Positions 37,906-46,857 of a stretch of 64,000 bases of DNA are shown here, piece after piece. The position numbers were made by a program, and so were the translations under genes. Every line of letters begins with the position of its first letter. Positions within the stretch are counted from its first letter, which is position 1. Below the pieces are notes generated by a model. That model searched no databases and was not told the DNA's origin. It was given only the letters and a program-made list of their open reading frames with translations. This stretch comes from a virus. Its lineage: Duplodnaviria > Caudoviricetes. The stretch is taken from the IMG/VR virus record IMGVR_UViG_3300025679_000005. The stretch is one strand, 5' to 3'.

Positions 37906-38541
37906 ATGCAAAGGGATCGACAGCTACACTCAGATTACACCACTCTGAAGATGAGGATTAGGCACAAGAGGTTGAAGCAACGAGCAGTCGACTATAAGGG
38001 CGGCAAGTGTGAGACCTGCGGATATGACAAATGTCTGTCCGCTTTGGAATTCCACCACACCGATCCAAATGAGAAAGACTTCGGGATAGCTTCTTCCACC
38101 AGATCTTGGGAAAGTGTCAAAGCAGAACTGATCAAGTGTAAGATGCTGTGTTCCAATTGTCACAGGGAAGAGCATGAACGGCTGACGGACTCTAAGCATG
38201 AAGAGCTTACCGTGAAGGTAAGGGAAGTCATACCAGAGAGGCCACCGGGGTTAAAAGCAGTCAGTCACTACTGCCTTGTTTGCAAAAAGGTTTTTGAGAC
38301 AGATGAGCCTGAACGCAAATTTTGCAGCACACTATGTACTCACAAAGATCAGGAAGTTACGAGCTGGCCCAGCGATTCTGAGCTGGCCCAAATAGTGTGG
38401 CAGATGCCTGTGAGTGCTGTCGCAAAGCAACTGAATGTCTCCGACAAAGCTATTTCCAAACGATGTAAACTGAGAGGCATAGAGACTCCAGGTAGAGGTT
38501 ACTGGCAACGACAACGGGTGTATAACTCAATGGTAGAGTAG
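37906..38541 (+). CDS. HNH endonuclease with C-terminal HTH
   Basis: CETCG...FHH...CSNCH; WPSDSEL...GYW tail; 3' end overlaps tRNA-Lys. Confidence 0.88.
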   Translation: MQRDRQLHSDYTTLKMRIRHKRLKQRAVDYKGGKCETCGYDKCLSALEFHHTDPNEKDFGIASSTRSWESVKAELIKCKMLCSNCHREEHERLTDSKHEELTVKVREVIPERPPGLKAVSHYCLVCKKVFETDEPERKFCSTLCTHKDQEVTSWPSDSELAQIVWQMPVSAVAKQLNVSDKAISKRCKLRGIETPGRGYWQRQRVYNSMVE

Positions 38542-38589
38542 CCGCCTCTTAAGCGGTTAGTTGGTCGGGTTCAAGTCCCCCTACACCCA
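38516..38589 (+). tRNA. tRNA-Lys(CTT)
   Basis: Loop CTCTTAA. Confidence 0.85.
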
Positions 38590-38613
38590 CGAAGAGATAC
38601 AGACACGAAATAT

Positions 38614-38684
38614 TCCGGGTTCGGCTAATGGTAGGCCAACTGACTCTGACTCAGTAAATCGAGGTTCGATCCCTTGCCCCGGAA
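38614..38684 (+). tRNA. tRNA-Gln(CTG)
   Basis: Loop CTCTGAC. Confidence 0.9.
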
Positions 38685-38974
38685 CTAGTAAGGAAGGCTT
38701 ACACCTTCCCTGCTCCTTGAAAATTTGAACAGGACACTTTGAATTCGTTTCCACCGATCCCGTCAGGGCTCGGAAAAACGCATCCAACACATCCGGAATG
38801 AAGCCGGCGCTGTGATTGGCTGTCCGCAGAGTAAGCTCGACCTCACAAGGTAGAGTGCAAAAAGCGGTGGAGCACCATCTCCATTAGGAACTCGGAATTC
38901 TCTCCTGGTTTGTCCGTGGGCGACAGGGCACACAAAACTCCTTCGGGAGTGCGTGTGAACTGTCACCCAATTTT

Positions 38975-39045
38975 GCCCCCATCGTCTATTGGTAGGACAC
39001 TAGGTTCTCAACCTGGTAAGAGGAGTTCAATTCTCCTTGGGGGCA
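38975..39045 (+). tRNA. tRNA-Glu(CTC)
   Basis: Loop TTCTCAA. Confidence 0.88.
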
Positions 39046-39096
39046 CTGAGTGGCGTATTGGAGGGGCAGTAATCCACTTGTAAGCCTGCCCCTTGT

Positions 39097-39810
39097 ATGC
39101 AACCAGAAACAGCCATTTGCTCTGTGTGCCACGACCCTAAGCTACTGACCTCTTTTGAGATGGCTAAAGTTGGTCGTCGGACTCAGTGCAACCAGTGCAG
39201 GCACCTCCAAAAGAAGAAGGCCAATCCTGACAGAGTCAAAAATGAGGGCCGAAAAGCCCATGGCAAAATTGCCGCTAGACGGCGTCTATATCCAGATTGG
39301 GCTATTTACGTAGACTGTAAGGCCTCCGACAGAAAACGAGGATTGGTCAACGATTTGGACAGAGAGGTCATTCGGTGCCTAATTGCCAAGGGGTGTCAGT
39401 ACTGCGGTGAGACTCGACTTCGCATGACCCTCGATAGAAAAGACAACTCCTTAGGGCATGTGCAAGCAAATGTGATGCCCGCCTGCCTACGTTGTAATTA
39501 CATGAGAGGCTCTATGCCTTATGCTGCGTGGGAATTGATTGTTCCTGTGTTGCACAGCATAAGAGAACAAGGCCACTTCGAGGATTGGCAGTCAGTACCG
39601 CTCAATCTTCAATATGCTGAGGACCAGTCAATGGAGACACCCTCTGACCCAAAGCAGCACAACGGTACTGCGATGGTCAAAATAACGTGCTTGGAGTGTG
39701 GCCAGCAAGCGGTTAAGGTTGCAGGGTATGTGAAGGCTAATGCACAGAAGGGCCATAAAGGACCCTTCTGTGGAAGGTCCTGTGCTGCTAAATACTCTTC
39801 TAGAAAGTAA
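39097..39810 (+). CDS. HNH-type endonuclease
   Basis: CQYCG...TLDRKDNSLGH...NVMPACLRCN. Confidence 0.85.
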   Translation: MQPETAICSVCHDPKLLTSFEMAKVGRRTQCNQCRHLQKKKANPDRVKNEGRKAHGKIAARRRLYPDWAIYVDCKASDRKRGLVNDLDREVIRCLIAKGCQYCGETRLRMTLDRKDNSLGHVQANVMPACLRCNYMRGSMPYAAWELIVPVLHSIREQGHFEDWQSVPLNLQYAEDQSMETPSDPKQHNGTAMVKITCLECGQQAVKVAGYVKANAQKGHKGPFCGRSCAAKYSSRK

Positions 39811-39811
39811 C

Positions 39812-39883
39812 GCGGGTGTTACGCCAAGGTGGATTCCGATCTTGCCAAGATCGATTCGGTCGGTTCGATTCCCGTCACCCGCT
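39812..39883 (+). tRNA. tRNA-Gly(GCC)
   Basis: Loop TTGCCAA; atypical D arm. Confidence 0.78.
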
Positions 39884-39888
39884 CTCAT

Positions 39889-39972
39889 TGACAGGTACCC
39901 GAGTGGAAGCAGGGGTCCGGCTGTTAACCGGAAGTAGAAATACCGTCGTTGGTTCGAATCCAACCCTGTCAG
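39889..39972 (+). tRNA. tRNA-Asn(GTT) with long variable region
   Basis: Loop CTGTTAA, T1-A72, G73, about 16-nt variable region. Confidence 0.75.
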
Positions 39973-40002
39973 CAATATACCATCTATCAACCTCCCCATT
40001 GT

Positions 40003-40746
40003 ATGTCCCATCAACGAAAGTACACTTACGAGTACCTCGCCCCTCTAGTTAAAGAGAGCACCAATTTTACCGAGTTGTTGCGTAAAATAGGGGTCACTAG
40101 CAGTGGATCCTTGTGGTCTTTGATTAGGCGGCGAGTGGACGAGTTCGGGATAGATCGAAGCCACTTCATTGGGGTGTCTTCGAATAAGGGCCGTGTAAGA
40201 CGAACACCCGCAGAGGTGTTCTCTCAGGTGAGCACGCGCAGACTTGATCACGCTACACTACGGAACGCTCTTCTCAGAGATGGCGTATCCCATAAGTGTG
40301 CTGTCTGTGGGGCAGGACCCGAGTGGTGTGGTCGGCCACTAACTTTACAAGTTGATCACATTGACAGCGACTTCCTCAACAACGCAAAGAGTAACCTTCG
40401 ATTTCTGTGCCCTAATTGTCACACTCAGACAGAGGATTACGGACCTAAAGGCTTGAAGCAGGCTTTAATTGTGACAGCCTGTGTGGTGTGTGAGGCACCC
40501 GTATCGGTCACTCCTAGGAGATTTAAGAGGGGTAACTGTTATTGTGGAAAGAAGTGTTCTTCATCCATAGCTACTCGAAGAGAAAAAGCTGACTGGCCCT
40601 CTGACTCTCAATTGAAATCTTTGGTGTGGGAGATGCCCACCACTAAGATCGCTAAAAATTTGGGTGTTTCTGGTACAGCAGTGAAGCAAAGATGCTTAGC
40701 TAGAGGGATAGACACCCCCTCAAGAGGGTTTTGGACCAAAAAGTAA
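40003..40746 (+). CDS. HNH endonuclease with C-terminal HTH
   Basis: LQVDHID...NLRFLCPNCH; WPSDSQL...GFW. Confidence 0.9.
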   Translation: MSHQRKYTYEYLAPLVKESTNFTELLRKIGVTSSGSLWSLIRRRVDEFGIDRSHFIGVSSNKGRVRRTPAEVFSQVSTRRLDHATLRNALLRDGVSHKCAVCGAGPEWCGRPLTLQVDHIDSDFLNNAKSNLRFLCPNCHTQTEDYGPKGLKQALIVTACVVCEAPVSVTPRRFKRGNCYCGKKCSSSIATRREKADWPSDSQLKSLVWEMPTTKIAKNLGVSGTAVKQRCLARGIDTPSRGFWTKK

Positions 40747-40750
40747 CGAT

Positions 40751-40822
40751 GCGAGTGAAGCCCCATGGTGGGGCACTAGTTTTCCAAACTAGGATCAGCG
40801 GGTTCGATTCCCGCCACCCGCT
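40751..40822 (+). tRNA. tRNA-Gly(TCC), copy 1
   Basis: Loop TTTCCAA; one acceptor mismatch. Confidence 0.8.
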
Positions 40823-40833
40823 CTCGACGACAT

Positions 40834-40905
40834 ACTAGGGTAGCATAAAGGCAATGTGTTCCGCTGTTACCGGAGAAGATGAGGGTTCGATTCCTTCCCC
40901 TAGTG
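40834..40905 (+). tRNA. tRNA-Asn(GTT)
   Basis: Loop CTGTTAC. Confidence 0.8.
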
Positions 40906-40920
40906 CTGACCGTTACGCAT

Positions 40921-40995
40921 TCCTGGGTAGCCAAGCGGTAAGGCAGCGGATTGTTAATCCGCCTAGCGAAGGTTCGATCCCTTCCTCAGGAGCCA
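40921..40995 (+). tRNA. tRNA-Asn(GTT)
   Basis: Loop TTGTTAA; encoded CCA. Confidence 0.9.
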
Positions 40996-41034
40996 ATTTT
41001 TACTTATAGGTATGGCCACTTAGGAGCCATACCT

Positions 41035-41418
41035 ATGTCAGCAGCCAGTCGCGTCGCCCTCCGATACAAGCTTGCCAAGACCTTCCCCTCGGAAAAGGCC
41101 TTGAAAACGTATCTGGACGCCCACCCGAAGGCTGACAAGTCCAAGCATCGAGTCGAGGACGCCGATGTCCAGAGGATCAAGGATGAGGTAGCCCCTCACG
41201 CTAAGATCAAGAAGGACCAGGAAAAGGCTGAAAAGAACCGCGGCAAGGCTAAGGAAAAGCGCGACGACGAAAAGACCAAGAAAGACCTGACTAAGCATCA
41301 GGAAGAGCACCCTCGTGGGACGATCAATTGGGACTACGATCCTAAGAACCGCACGAAGGACCAAAAAGAGAAGTCTGAGAAGGTGGTCGATGAGGCCGTC
41401 GATAAGAAACGCGAGTGA
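41035..41418 (+). CDS. Lys/Glu-rich putative virion/late protein
   Basis: SRVALRY and YLDAHPKAD motifs; stop lies inside tRNA-Gly 5' end. Confidence 0.6.
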   Translation: MSAASRVALRYKLAKTFPSEKALKTYLDAHPKADKSKHRVEDADVQRIKDEVAPHAKIKKDQEKAEKNRGKAKEKRDDEKTKKDLTKHQEEHPRGTINWDYDPKNRTKDQKEKSEKVVDEAVDKKRE

Positions 41419-41482
41419 AGCCCCATGGTGGGGCGCTAGTTTTCCAAACTAGTGCCAGCGGGTTCGATTCCCGCCACTCGCT
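41411..41482 (+). tRNA. tRNA-Gly(TCC), copy 2
   Basis: Differs from copy 1 at 5 positions. Confidence 0.85.
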
Positions 41483-41809
41483 CCCAAGAAACCCGCCGAA
41501 AGGTTATAGCTATACCAATCGGGATTACGGGGATGGTGAAGAGTGGAATGCCGGAGTCCGGATGGACGTTGATGGCGCCCCTGGGTAGCACCCAGTATCT
41601 CTAGTGTGGGTTCGATTCCCGCACCTTGGACTAAGGAGTCTCCACTCCTAGAAGCATACACGCAAATAGTAGGTTCGAATCCTGCCTCCTTCACAAGATG
41701 CCTCAATCTCTGAGACCTCTTGTGAAGGAGACGCCCAATGGCCGGGCACCAGACGGTAAATCTGGCTCGCAAGAGCAATCCCTGCTTCACTACTCGGAGA
41801 CTCTTTTAT

Positions 41810-41882
41810 GCCTACGTAGCACAATTGGCGGTGCCCCTGTTTTGTACTCAGGAGGTTGGAGGTTCGATGCCTCTCGTAGGCT
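41810..41882 (+). tRNA. tRNA-Thr(TGT)
   Basis: Loop TTTGTAC. Confidence 0.78.
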
Positions 41883-41887
41883 CTCAC

Positions 41888-41961
41888 GCTGGCGTAGCAT
41901 CTCTTGGGAGTGCACTTGCATGGTAAGCAAGTTTAGGTGGGTTCGAATCCCATCGCCAGCT
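41888..41961 (+). tRNA. tRNA-Thr(GGT)
   Basis: Loop ATGGTAA. Confidence 0.82.
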
Positions 41962-42090
41962 CTCAGTCATTGCCCATCACATGGGCCGAAGGTTTCTTCG
42001 GTTGGGCAGTCACCGCCTCGCAAGAGGTTGCAGTCAAAGAGTCGACCGGGAACACCGGCAACTTCTCTGAAACGTGATGACCGTGTCTAT

Positions 42091-42161
42091 GCCTCTTTAG
42101 CTCCAAGGCGGAGCAACGGTTTCGTATACCGTCGGGCTGAGTTCGATTCTCAGGAGAGGCT
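42091..42161 (+). tRNA. tRNA-Thr(CGT)
   Basis: Loop TTCGTAT. Confidence 0.85.
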
Positions 42162-42206
42162 CTACCCCTTGTAGACGGGGCGAAAGAAGTAGTCTACAAT
42201 CTCTAT

Positions 42207-42281
42207 TGCGGGATGGCGCAACCTGGTAGCGCGTCGGCCTCATAAGCCGAAGGTTCTCTGTTCAAATCGGAGTCTCCGCAA
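42207..42281 (+). tRNA. tRNA-Met/Ile2(CAT)
   Basis: Loop CTCATAA. Confidence 0.82.
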
Positions 42282-42290
42282 CTACGCTAT

Positions 42291-42362
42291 GCCCCGTTCG
42301 TCTAACGGTTAGGATACTTGGTTTTCACCCAGGTGACAGGAGTTCGATTCTCCTACGGGGTA
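42291..42362 (+). tRNA. tRNA-Glu(TTC)
   Basis: Loop TTTTCAC. Confidence 0.88.
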
Positions 42363-42477
42363 CTGATTCATTGCTAGGGGTGAGCAGACGATGCAGGCCT
42401 ACGGGTTCGATTCCCGTGTATCAGTGGTGGGAGGCTCGACTGGCTGGCGGGTTCGACACCCGTACAACGAATCAAAT

Positions 42478-42553
42478 GGCTACCAAGCTAACCTGGTGGA
42501 AGCGCTATGTTGAAGCCATAGAGGGCTCCGATCGTAACGGAGGGTAGCCACCA
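42478..42553 (+). tRNA. tRNA-Phe(GAA), atypical T loop
   Basis: Loop TTGAAGC; T loop ATCGTAA; encoded CCA. Confidence 0.72.
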
Positions 42554-43245
42554 AATTTCTTCATCCGTTTGCGAACGGCTGCTTCAGAAACTCCCAGCTC
42601 TCTGGCTACTTGAACTTTAGAACTGTTCAAGACTCGTTTAGCCAACTCCCTTGCAGACGGCCAGTTAATCTTGGTTATGCTCTGACCATAGCATGCCTCG
42701 CATCTTTTAGAGTTTCTGAATACAGGTGCATGACAGTCAGAACATTTGGCTGCTTGTTTCTTGTATCTCCCTTTAGTTTTACTCCTTGTGAAGGTCTTAG
42801 TTTGAGAGTGGCAGTTGGGGCACAAGATCCTTAGATTATCAAGGCGGTTGTCGAATGGGTCTCCGTTGATATGATCCAATTGGAGTGTGATGGGTTCTTC
42901 TTCCCAAACAGGAAGCAACCCACATTTTAGACAAACTTCTTTCAGCAACCCTGCCTTGAATAGACGCTGTTTGAGGGCAACCGTGTTGCGGTATGTGCTG
43001 TCCTCGACCAGGATCTCTTCAAGGGATTGTTTGAGAGGTGTCACAGAAGTACCGTGGGCTCTACCCGTATGGTGGGATATGTCCAAGCCTAGGCGTGTGA
43101 TGTACCCTTTGACTGTCTTGTAGTTGCCAGGACTCGTGGAAATCCCTAGATTTCTGAGGGTATCTGCGATGGTGTAGCTGGAAGCCAGCGCTTTTCGCAG
43201 TTCTTCGTCGGACCAAGTGCGGTTTGACATTGTACTAGCGAACAT
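42505..43245 (-). CDS. HNH endonuclease with C-terminal HTH
   Basis: LQLDHING...NLRILCPNCH; WPSAREL; 3' end antisense to tRNA-Phe. Confidence 0.9.
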   Translation of the reverse strand: MFASTMSNRTWSDEELRKALASSYTIADTLRNLGISTSPGNYKTVKGYITRLGLDISHHTGRAHGTSVTPLKQSLEEILVEDSTYRNTVALKQRLFKAGLLKEVCLKCGLLPVWEEEPITLQLDHINGDPFDNRLDNLRILCPNCHSQTKTFTRSKTKGRYKKQAAKCSDCHAPVFRNSKRCEACYGQSITKINWPSARELAKRVLNSSKVQVARELGVSEAAVRKRMKKFGGYPPLRSEPSMAST

Positions 43246-43275
43246 ATAGATAGACTAGCACATGGTTCGAGATAC

Positions 43276-43360
43276 GCCGTCGTGGTGGAATTTGGCATAC
43301 ACGCATCGCTGAGAACGATGGCCCCTTGTGGGTATGAGGGTTCAAGTCCCTCCGACGGCA
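43276..43360 (+). tRNA. tRNA-Leu(GAG)
   Basis: Loop CTGAGAA; long variable arm. Confidence 0.88.
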
Positions 43361-43472
43361 CTCCGTGTCCTGGTTCGCGTCCGGGAACAAAATAGAGGCT
43401 ATACCAGGCGCAGGCCCTGGTGCTTCTGAGGTCGGTGGTTTGATCCCACCCCACGGTGAACCTGCATACAAT

Positions 43473-43546
43473 GTCCTCGTAGCACAGCTGGATAGTGCAG
43501 GGCTTTCCTAAAGCTCAGGTCGCAAGTTCGAATCTTGCCGAGGACG
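43473..43546 (+). tRNA. tRNA-Arg(CCT)
   Basis: Loop TTCCTAA. Confidence 0.9.
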
Positions 43547-43553
43547 CTACTAT

Positions 43554-43626
43554 GGTGGCCAATGTTCAATGGATGGACACGCGACTGTGACTCGCGTTTA
43601 GACGGGTTCGATCCCCGCTGGTCACC
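43554..43626 (+). tRNA. tRNA-His(GTG)
   Basis: G-1/C73; loop CTGTGAC. Confidence 0.88.
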
Positions 43627-43636
43627 CTGATACTTT

Positions 43637-43709
43637 GCTCCCGAAGTCCACTGGTGTAGACGGCAGCTTGTCACGCTGTGTCGAGGAGGGTTCGATTCCC
43701 TTCGGGGCT
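43637..43709 (+). tRNA. tRNA-Asp(GTC)
   Basis: Loop TTGTCAC. Confidence 0.78.
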
Positions 43710-43796
43710 ATCAAGAAGCATTGCTTAAAACGAGGTGTCGAAACCAAGCCTAGGGGCTACTGGGCAATTCAAGAAGCCCTGAAGAAAATCGGGTGA
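43710..43796 (+). pseudogene. remnant of HNH C-terminal HTH tail
   Basis: IKKHCLKRGVETKPRGYW directly after tRNA-Asp, no start codon. Confidence 0.65.
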
Positions 43797-43856
43797 GAGA
43801 CAACGGGTTCCTCGGGGTTCCCTCTCCGACTAATCCCTCTGTGAAATCGCTAGAGC

Positions 43857-44846
43857 ATGTCCAACGACGTATTGATGGCTCGAACCCTCCTTCCGGCCGA
43901 CTGCATCGACCTGGGGATAGGCGAGCCCCACTTCCTACGGGAAGTTGTAAGTCAGACTTACAACTTGGATTCCTTCAGTTTTTCTGGTCTTCCGAAGATC
44001 TGGGAGTATGCCCCGCCGAACGGCTACGGGCCTCTGGTGAAGCTTTTGGAGGAGAAGTACCAAGCACCCGTCGTTCTCACGGTGGGCGCTAAGCATGGCA
44101 TCTTCGCAGCACTACATGCGGTCCGCCAGCAGGGAGCCCGTTCGGTGGCCTACAGGAAGCCCTACTGGGCCTCGTTCCCCTTCATGATGGCTCGTGCCGG
44201 CCTGAAGTCGGTGACCAACAGCTTGAAGGCAGACGCTCACCTATTGGTGATGCCAAACAATCCCGACGGCTTCGTTCTTTCCGAGGAAAAGACCGCTGAC
44301 TTTTGCAATACCTCGGTGCCAATCATCCACGATGCGGCCTACTACACGGAGAGCTATCTCCCCGACGATTACAAGCTGACCGCTCTGGGCGATATGCAGG
44401 TGTTCAGTGTTTCAAAGATGTATGGTTTGTCAGGGCTGAGGCTAGGCTGGGTCGTGTGCCACAACCCGGTCTACTACAGCGCCTTGACGAGCTTCGTGGA
44501 AGCCACTACCGCAGGGATATCGACGGCCTCTCAGAGAGTGCTGTTGTCGATTCTTGAGGCGGATTCGGCTGACCCCGAGCTTCGGAAGAGTTTCTCCAGG
44601 GAGATGCGAGATCATCTTGCCTGGGCTCACGAGAAGCTCTTGGACCTCGACCCTAAAGTTTTGACCCCTAAGTCATCCGTTGGGATGTTTGGGTGGTGCA
44701 AGAAAGGCCCTAGGTTTGACGCGGTCAAGGCTAAGGTCAATGTGATGGATGGCGCCTCCTTTGGAGACGCCTCGATGGTGCGCCTGAGCTTGGCTGTGTC
44801 GAAGACCACACTGACAAGTGCGGTTCAAAGACTCAACAAGATGTAA
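43857..44846 (+). CDS. PLP-dependent aminotransferase class I/II
   Basis: PNNPDG, IHDAAY, SVSKMYGLSGLRLGW. Confidence 0.9.
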   Translation: MSNDVLMARTLLPADCIDLGIGEPHFLREVVSQTYNLDSFSFSGLPKIWEYAPPNGYGPLVKLLEEKYQAPVVLTVGAKHGIFAALHAVRQQGARSVAYRKPYWASFPFMMARAGLKSVTNSLKADAHLLVMPNNPDGFVLSEEKTADFCNTSVPIIHDAAYYTESYLPDDYKLTALGDMQVFSVSKMYGLSGLRLGWVVCHNPVYYSALTSFVEATTAGISTASQRVLLSILEADSADPELRKSFSREMRDHLAWAHEKLLDLDPKVLTPKSSVGMFGWCKKGPRFDAVKAKVNVMDGASFGDASMVRLSLAVSKTTLTSAVQRLNKM

Positions 44847-44856
44847 AAGGGGTGCC

Positions 44857-45048
44857 ATGTCGAGCAGAAAAGAGTGGACTATCTTAGGCCCTCACAAGAC
44901 AGCTCATTGTGAGAGATGCAAGGCGACCTCAGCCTGGGTGACTGGCGTCCGCTTCGGAGGCAAGGAACTAACATACTGGAGATGGTGGAAGCGTTTCAAG
45001 CAAACGCATTCACGATGTATAGAGCGACAGCATGCTGTTGTGGCGTAA
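44857..45048 (+). CDS. small hypothetical protein
   Basis: CERC...HSRC pattern. Confidence 0.5.
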   Translation: MSSRKEWTILGPHKTAHCERCKATSAWVTGVRFGGKELTYWRWWKRFKQTHSRCIERQHAVVA

Positions 45049-45119
45049 TTGGTAGCCGCCCTGGCTTGAGGTGTCAGTGGGATGCAAATCCCGTGTAGGT
45101 TCGAGTCCTATCAACAGCA
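45034..45119 (+). tRNA. tRNA-Leu(GAG), second
   Basis: Loop TTGAGGT; long variable arm. Confidence 0.82.
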
Positions 45120-45130
45120 CTAGTAGATAC

Positions 45131-45200
45131 GGGGTTGTCCGTCGGGACGGGGCCTTGCTTCGCACGCAAGCGCACGGGAGTTCAACTCTCCCCAGCTCCA
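45131..45200 (+). tRNA. tRNA-Ala(CGC)
   Basis: G3-U70; loop TTCGCAC; short D arm. Confidence 0.78.
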
Positions 45201-45243
45201 CTAGCACTTGGTTTGCGCAATTCACTTGTAATACTACTAGGGT

Positions 45244-45951
45244 ATGCCCATAAAGAACTGCGAAGTCTGTCAGAAGGAATACACAGCCTCCAAGCATGCT
45301 TTGCCCAAGCGTCGAGCCTGTTCTGTGGATTGTGGGCACAAGTTACGTAATAAACATATCACAGTAACTTGTGCCCAATGTTCAACCCCTTTCAGCATCA
45401 GAGCACGTCGGTTGAAACTTTCTAAAAGTGGCCTGGTGTTCTGCTCTAGGCTCTGCAAAGAAAGGGCCTCAAGCTACGGTGGTCACCTTGAGAGAGGTAC
45501 GGGAAAGTATTCCTATCGAGAAAGAGCCTTATCTGAATACGGATCCAGCTGTAATTCGTGCGGGTACGACACAGACGCTAGAATGCTTGATGTAGATCAC
45601 GTAGATTCGGACAGGGGGAATAACAAAATATCAAACTTACGTGTACTGTGCGTCTGGTGTCATGCCTTGAAGACCCGCCAGGTTAGGAGCCATCATCGAG
45701 GCGCTCCTGAGGAGGGAATCAAAAGGGAGAGGTCCGCCAACCCCAGACCCACAAAGATCCATTGGCCTTCAGATGAAGAGCTGGAGGGATTACTTTGGGA
45801 GCAGTCAGCTGTGCAGGTAGCCAAGGCACTTGGCGTCTCCTCTACTGCAATCAAGAAAAGGTGCTTACGGAGAGGAATCCAAACCAGACCCATAGGCTAT
45901 TGGGCTAAGGTGAATTCTCCTACAAATAAGCCCTCCAGAAGATTCAGATAA
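45244..45951 (+). CDS. HNH endonuclease with C-terminal HTH
   Basis: LDVDHVD...NLRVLCVWCH; WPSDEEL...GYW. Confidence 0.9.
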   Translation: MPIKNCEVCQKEYTASKHALPKRRACSVDCGHKLRNKHITVTCAQCSTPFSIRARRLKLSKSGLVFCSRLCKERASSYGGHLERGTGKYSYRERALSEYGSSCNSCGYDTDARMLDVDHVDSDRGNNKISNLRVLCVWCHALKTRQVRSHHRGAPEEGIKRERSANPRPTKIHWPSDEELEGLLWEQSAVQVAKALGVSSTAIKKRCLRRGIQTRPIGYWAKVNSPTNKPSRRFR

Positions 45952-45956
45952 CTCAT

Positions 45957-46012
45957 GCTCCAATGGCGGAATGGCAGACGCACCTGGCTTAGTGAAGGTT
46001 CAACTCCTTCTG
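45957..46012 (+). pseudogene. internally deleted tRNA-Leu(TAG)
   Basis: 5' half up to the anticodon joined directly to a T arm; no matching acceptor 3' strand. Confidence 0.55.
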
Positions 46013-46051
46013 CAATCAACCCGGACCTTCGACTCGAACACTCTTATCTAC

Positions 46052-46133
46052 GCTTCTGTGTCGTAATGCAGCCGAGCGACCCTTAGAAGGTCGTGTCCTT
46101 AGGGACGTGTGGGCTCGATCCCCACCAGAAGCA
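46052..46133 (+). tRNA. tRNA-Leu(TAG)
   Basis: Loop CTTAGAA. Confidence 0.85.
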
Positions 46134-46222
46134 CAACTAGCCCGAAAGGCTGGTTAACTTTTACGGGGAGGGCAAGCTTACTATTAGCTTGGACTCAAGA
46201 TACAAGAGTTGTAAGATGTAAT

Positions 46223-46308
46223 GCTACCGTGGCGTAATGGCAGCCGCACCTCACTCAAAACGAGGCGTTCTTTGGGACGTACTGGTTCAAGTCCAGTCGG
46301 TAGCACCA
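46223..46308 (+). tRNA. tRNA-Leu(CAA)
   Basis: Loop CTCAAAA; encoded CCA. Confidence 0.88.
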
Positions 46309-46310
46309 AT

Positions 46311-46385
46311 GGCGAGATGGTCTGAATGGTAAGGCGCCGGTTTGCAAGTCCGGTTTTTTCGTGGGTTCGATTCCCACTCTCGCCT
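46311..46385 (+). tRNA. tRNA-Cys(GCA)
   Basis: Loop TTGCAAG; U73. Confidence 0.88.
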
Positions 46386-46390
46386 CTGAT

Positions 46391-46465
46391 GGTGGCTTCG
46401 TTCTCTGGGAGAGCACTACTTCGACAAGGTAGACCAGGAGGGTTCGATTCCCTCAGCCACTACCA
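46391..46465 (+). tRNA. tRNA-Val(GAC)
   Basis: Loop TCGACAA (C33); encoded CCA. Confidence 0.82.
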
Positions 46466-46467
46466 AT

Positions 46468-46542
46468 GTCTCCATGGTGAAACGGATATCACTCGACTCT
46501 ACGAAAGTCGCGTTCTAGGTTCAAATCCTAGTGGAGACGCCA
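46468..46542 (+). tRNA. tRNA-Arg(ACG)
   Basis: Loop CTACGAA; encoded CCA. Confidence 0.88.
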
Positions 46543-46547
46543 CGCAC

Positions 46548-46623
46548 GCTTCTCTGTTGCAACGGATAGCATCGAGGCCTTCTAAGCCTTTGGATCCGAG
46601 TTCGAATCTCGGGGGAAGCGCCA
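46548..46623 (+). tRNA. tRNA-Arg(TCT)
   Basis: Loop CTTCTAA; encoded CCA. Confidence 0.88.
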
Positions 46624-46624
46624 T

Positions 46625-46697
46625 GTCTTCTTGGTGAAACTGGATATCACAAGGCTCTTCGAAAGCTTTATTTCGGGTTCGAATCCCGAGGAAGACG
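46625..46697 (+). tRNA. tRNA-Arg(TCG)
   Basis: Loop CTTCGAA. Confidence 0.88.
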
Positions 46698-46857
46698 CTC
46701 AGATCAACTTGTAGACGATCTCACTGGTTGTCCAAAGGACAACAGTTACAAGGGTGAGCAATAGCTGAGCAACGAATTCGACGGCCGCCATATTCTAGGT
46801 GTTTCATAAATATTAGGACAGGTGAACACACTTTTTCACTTATCGGTGTGTTTGTAC

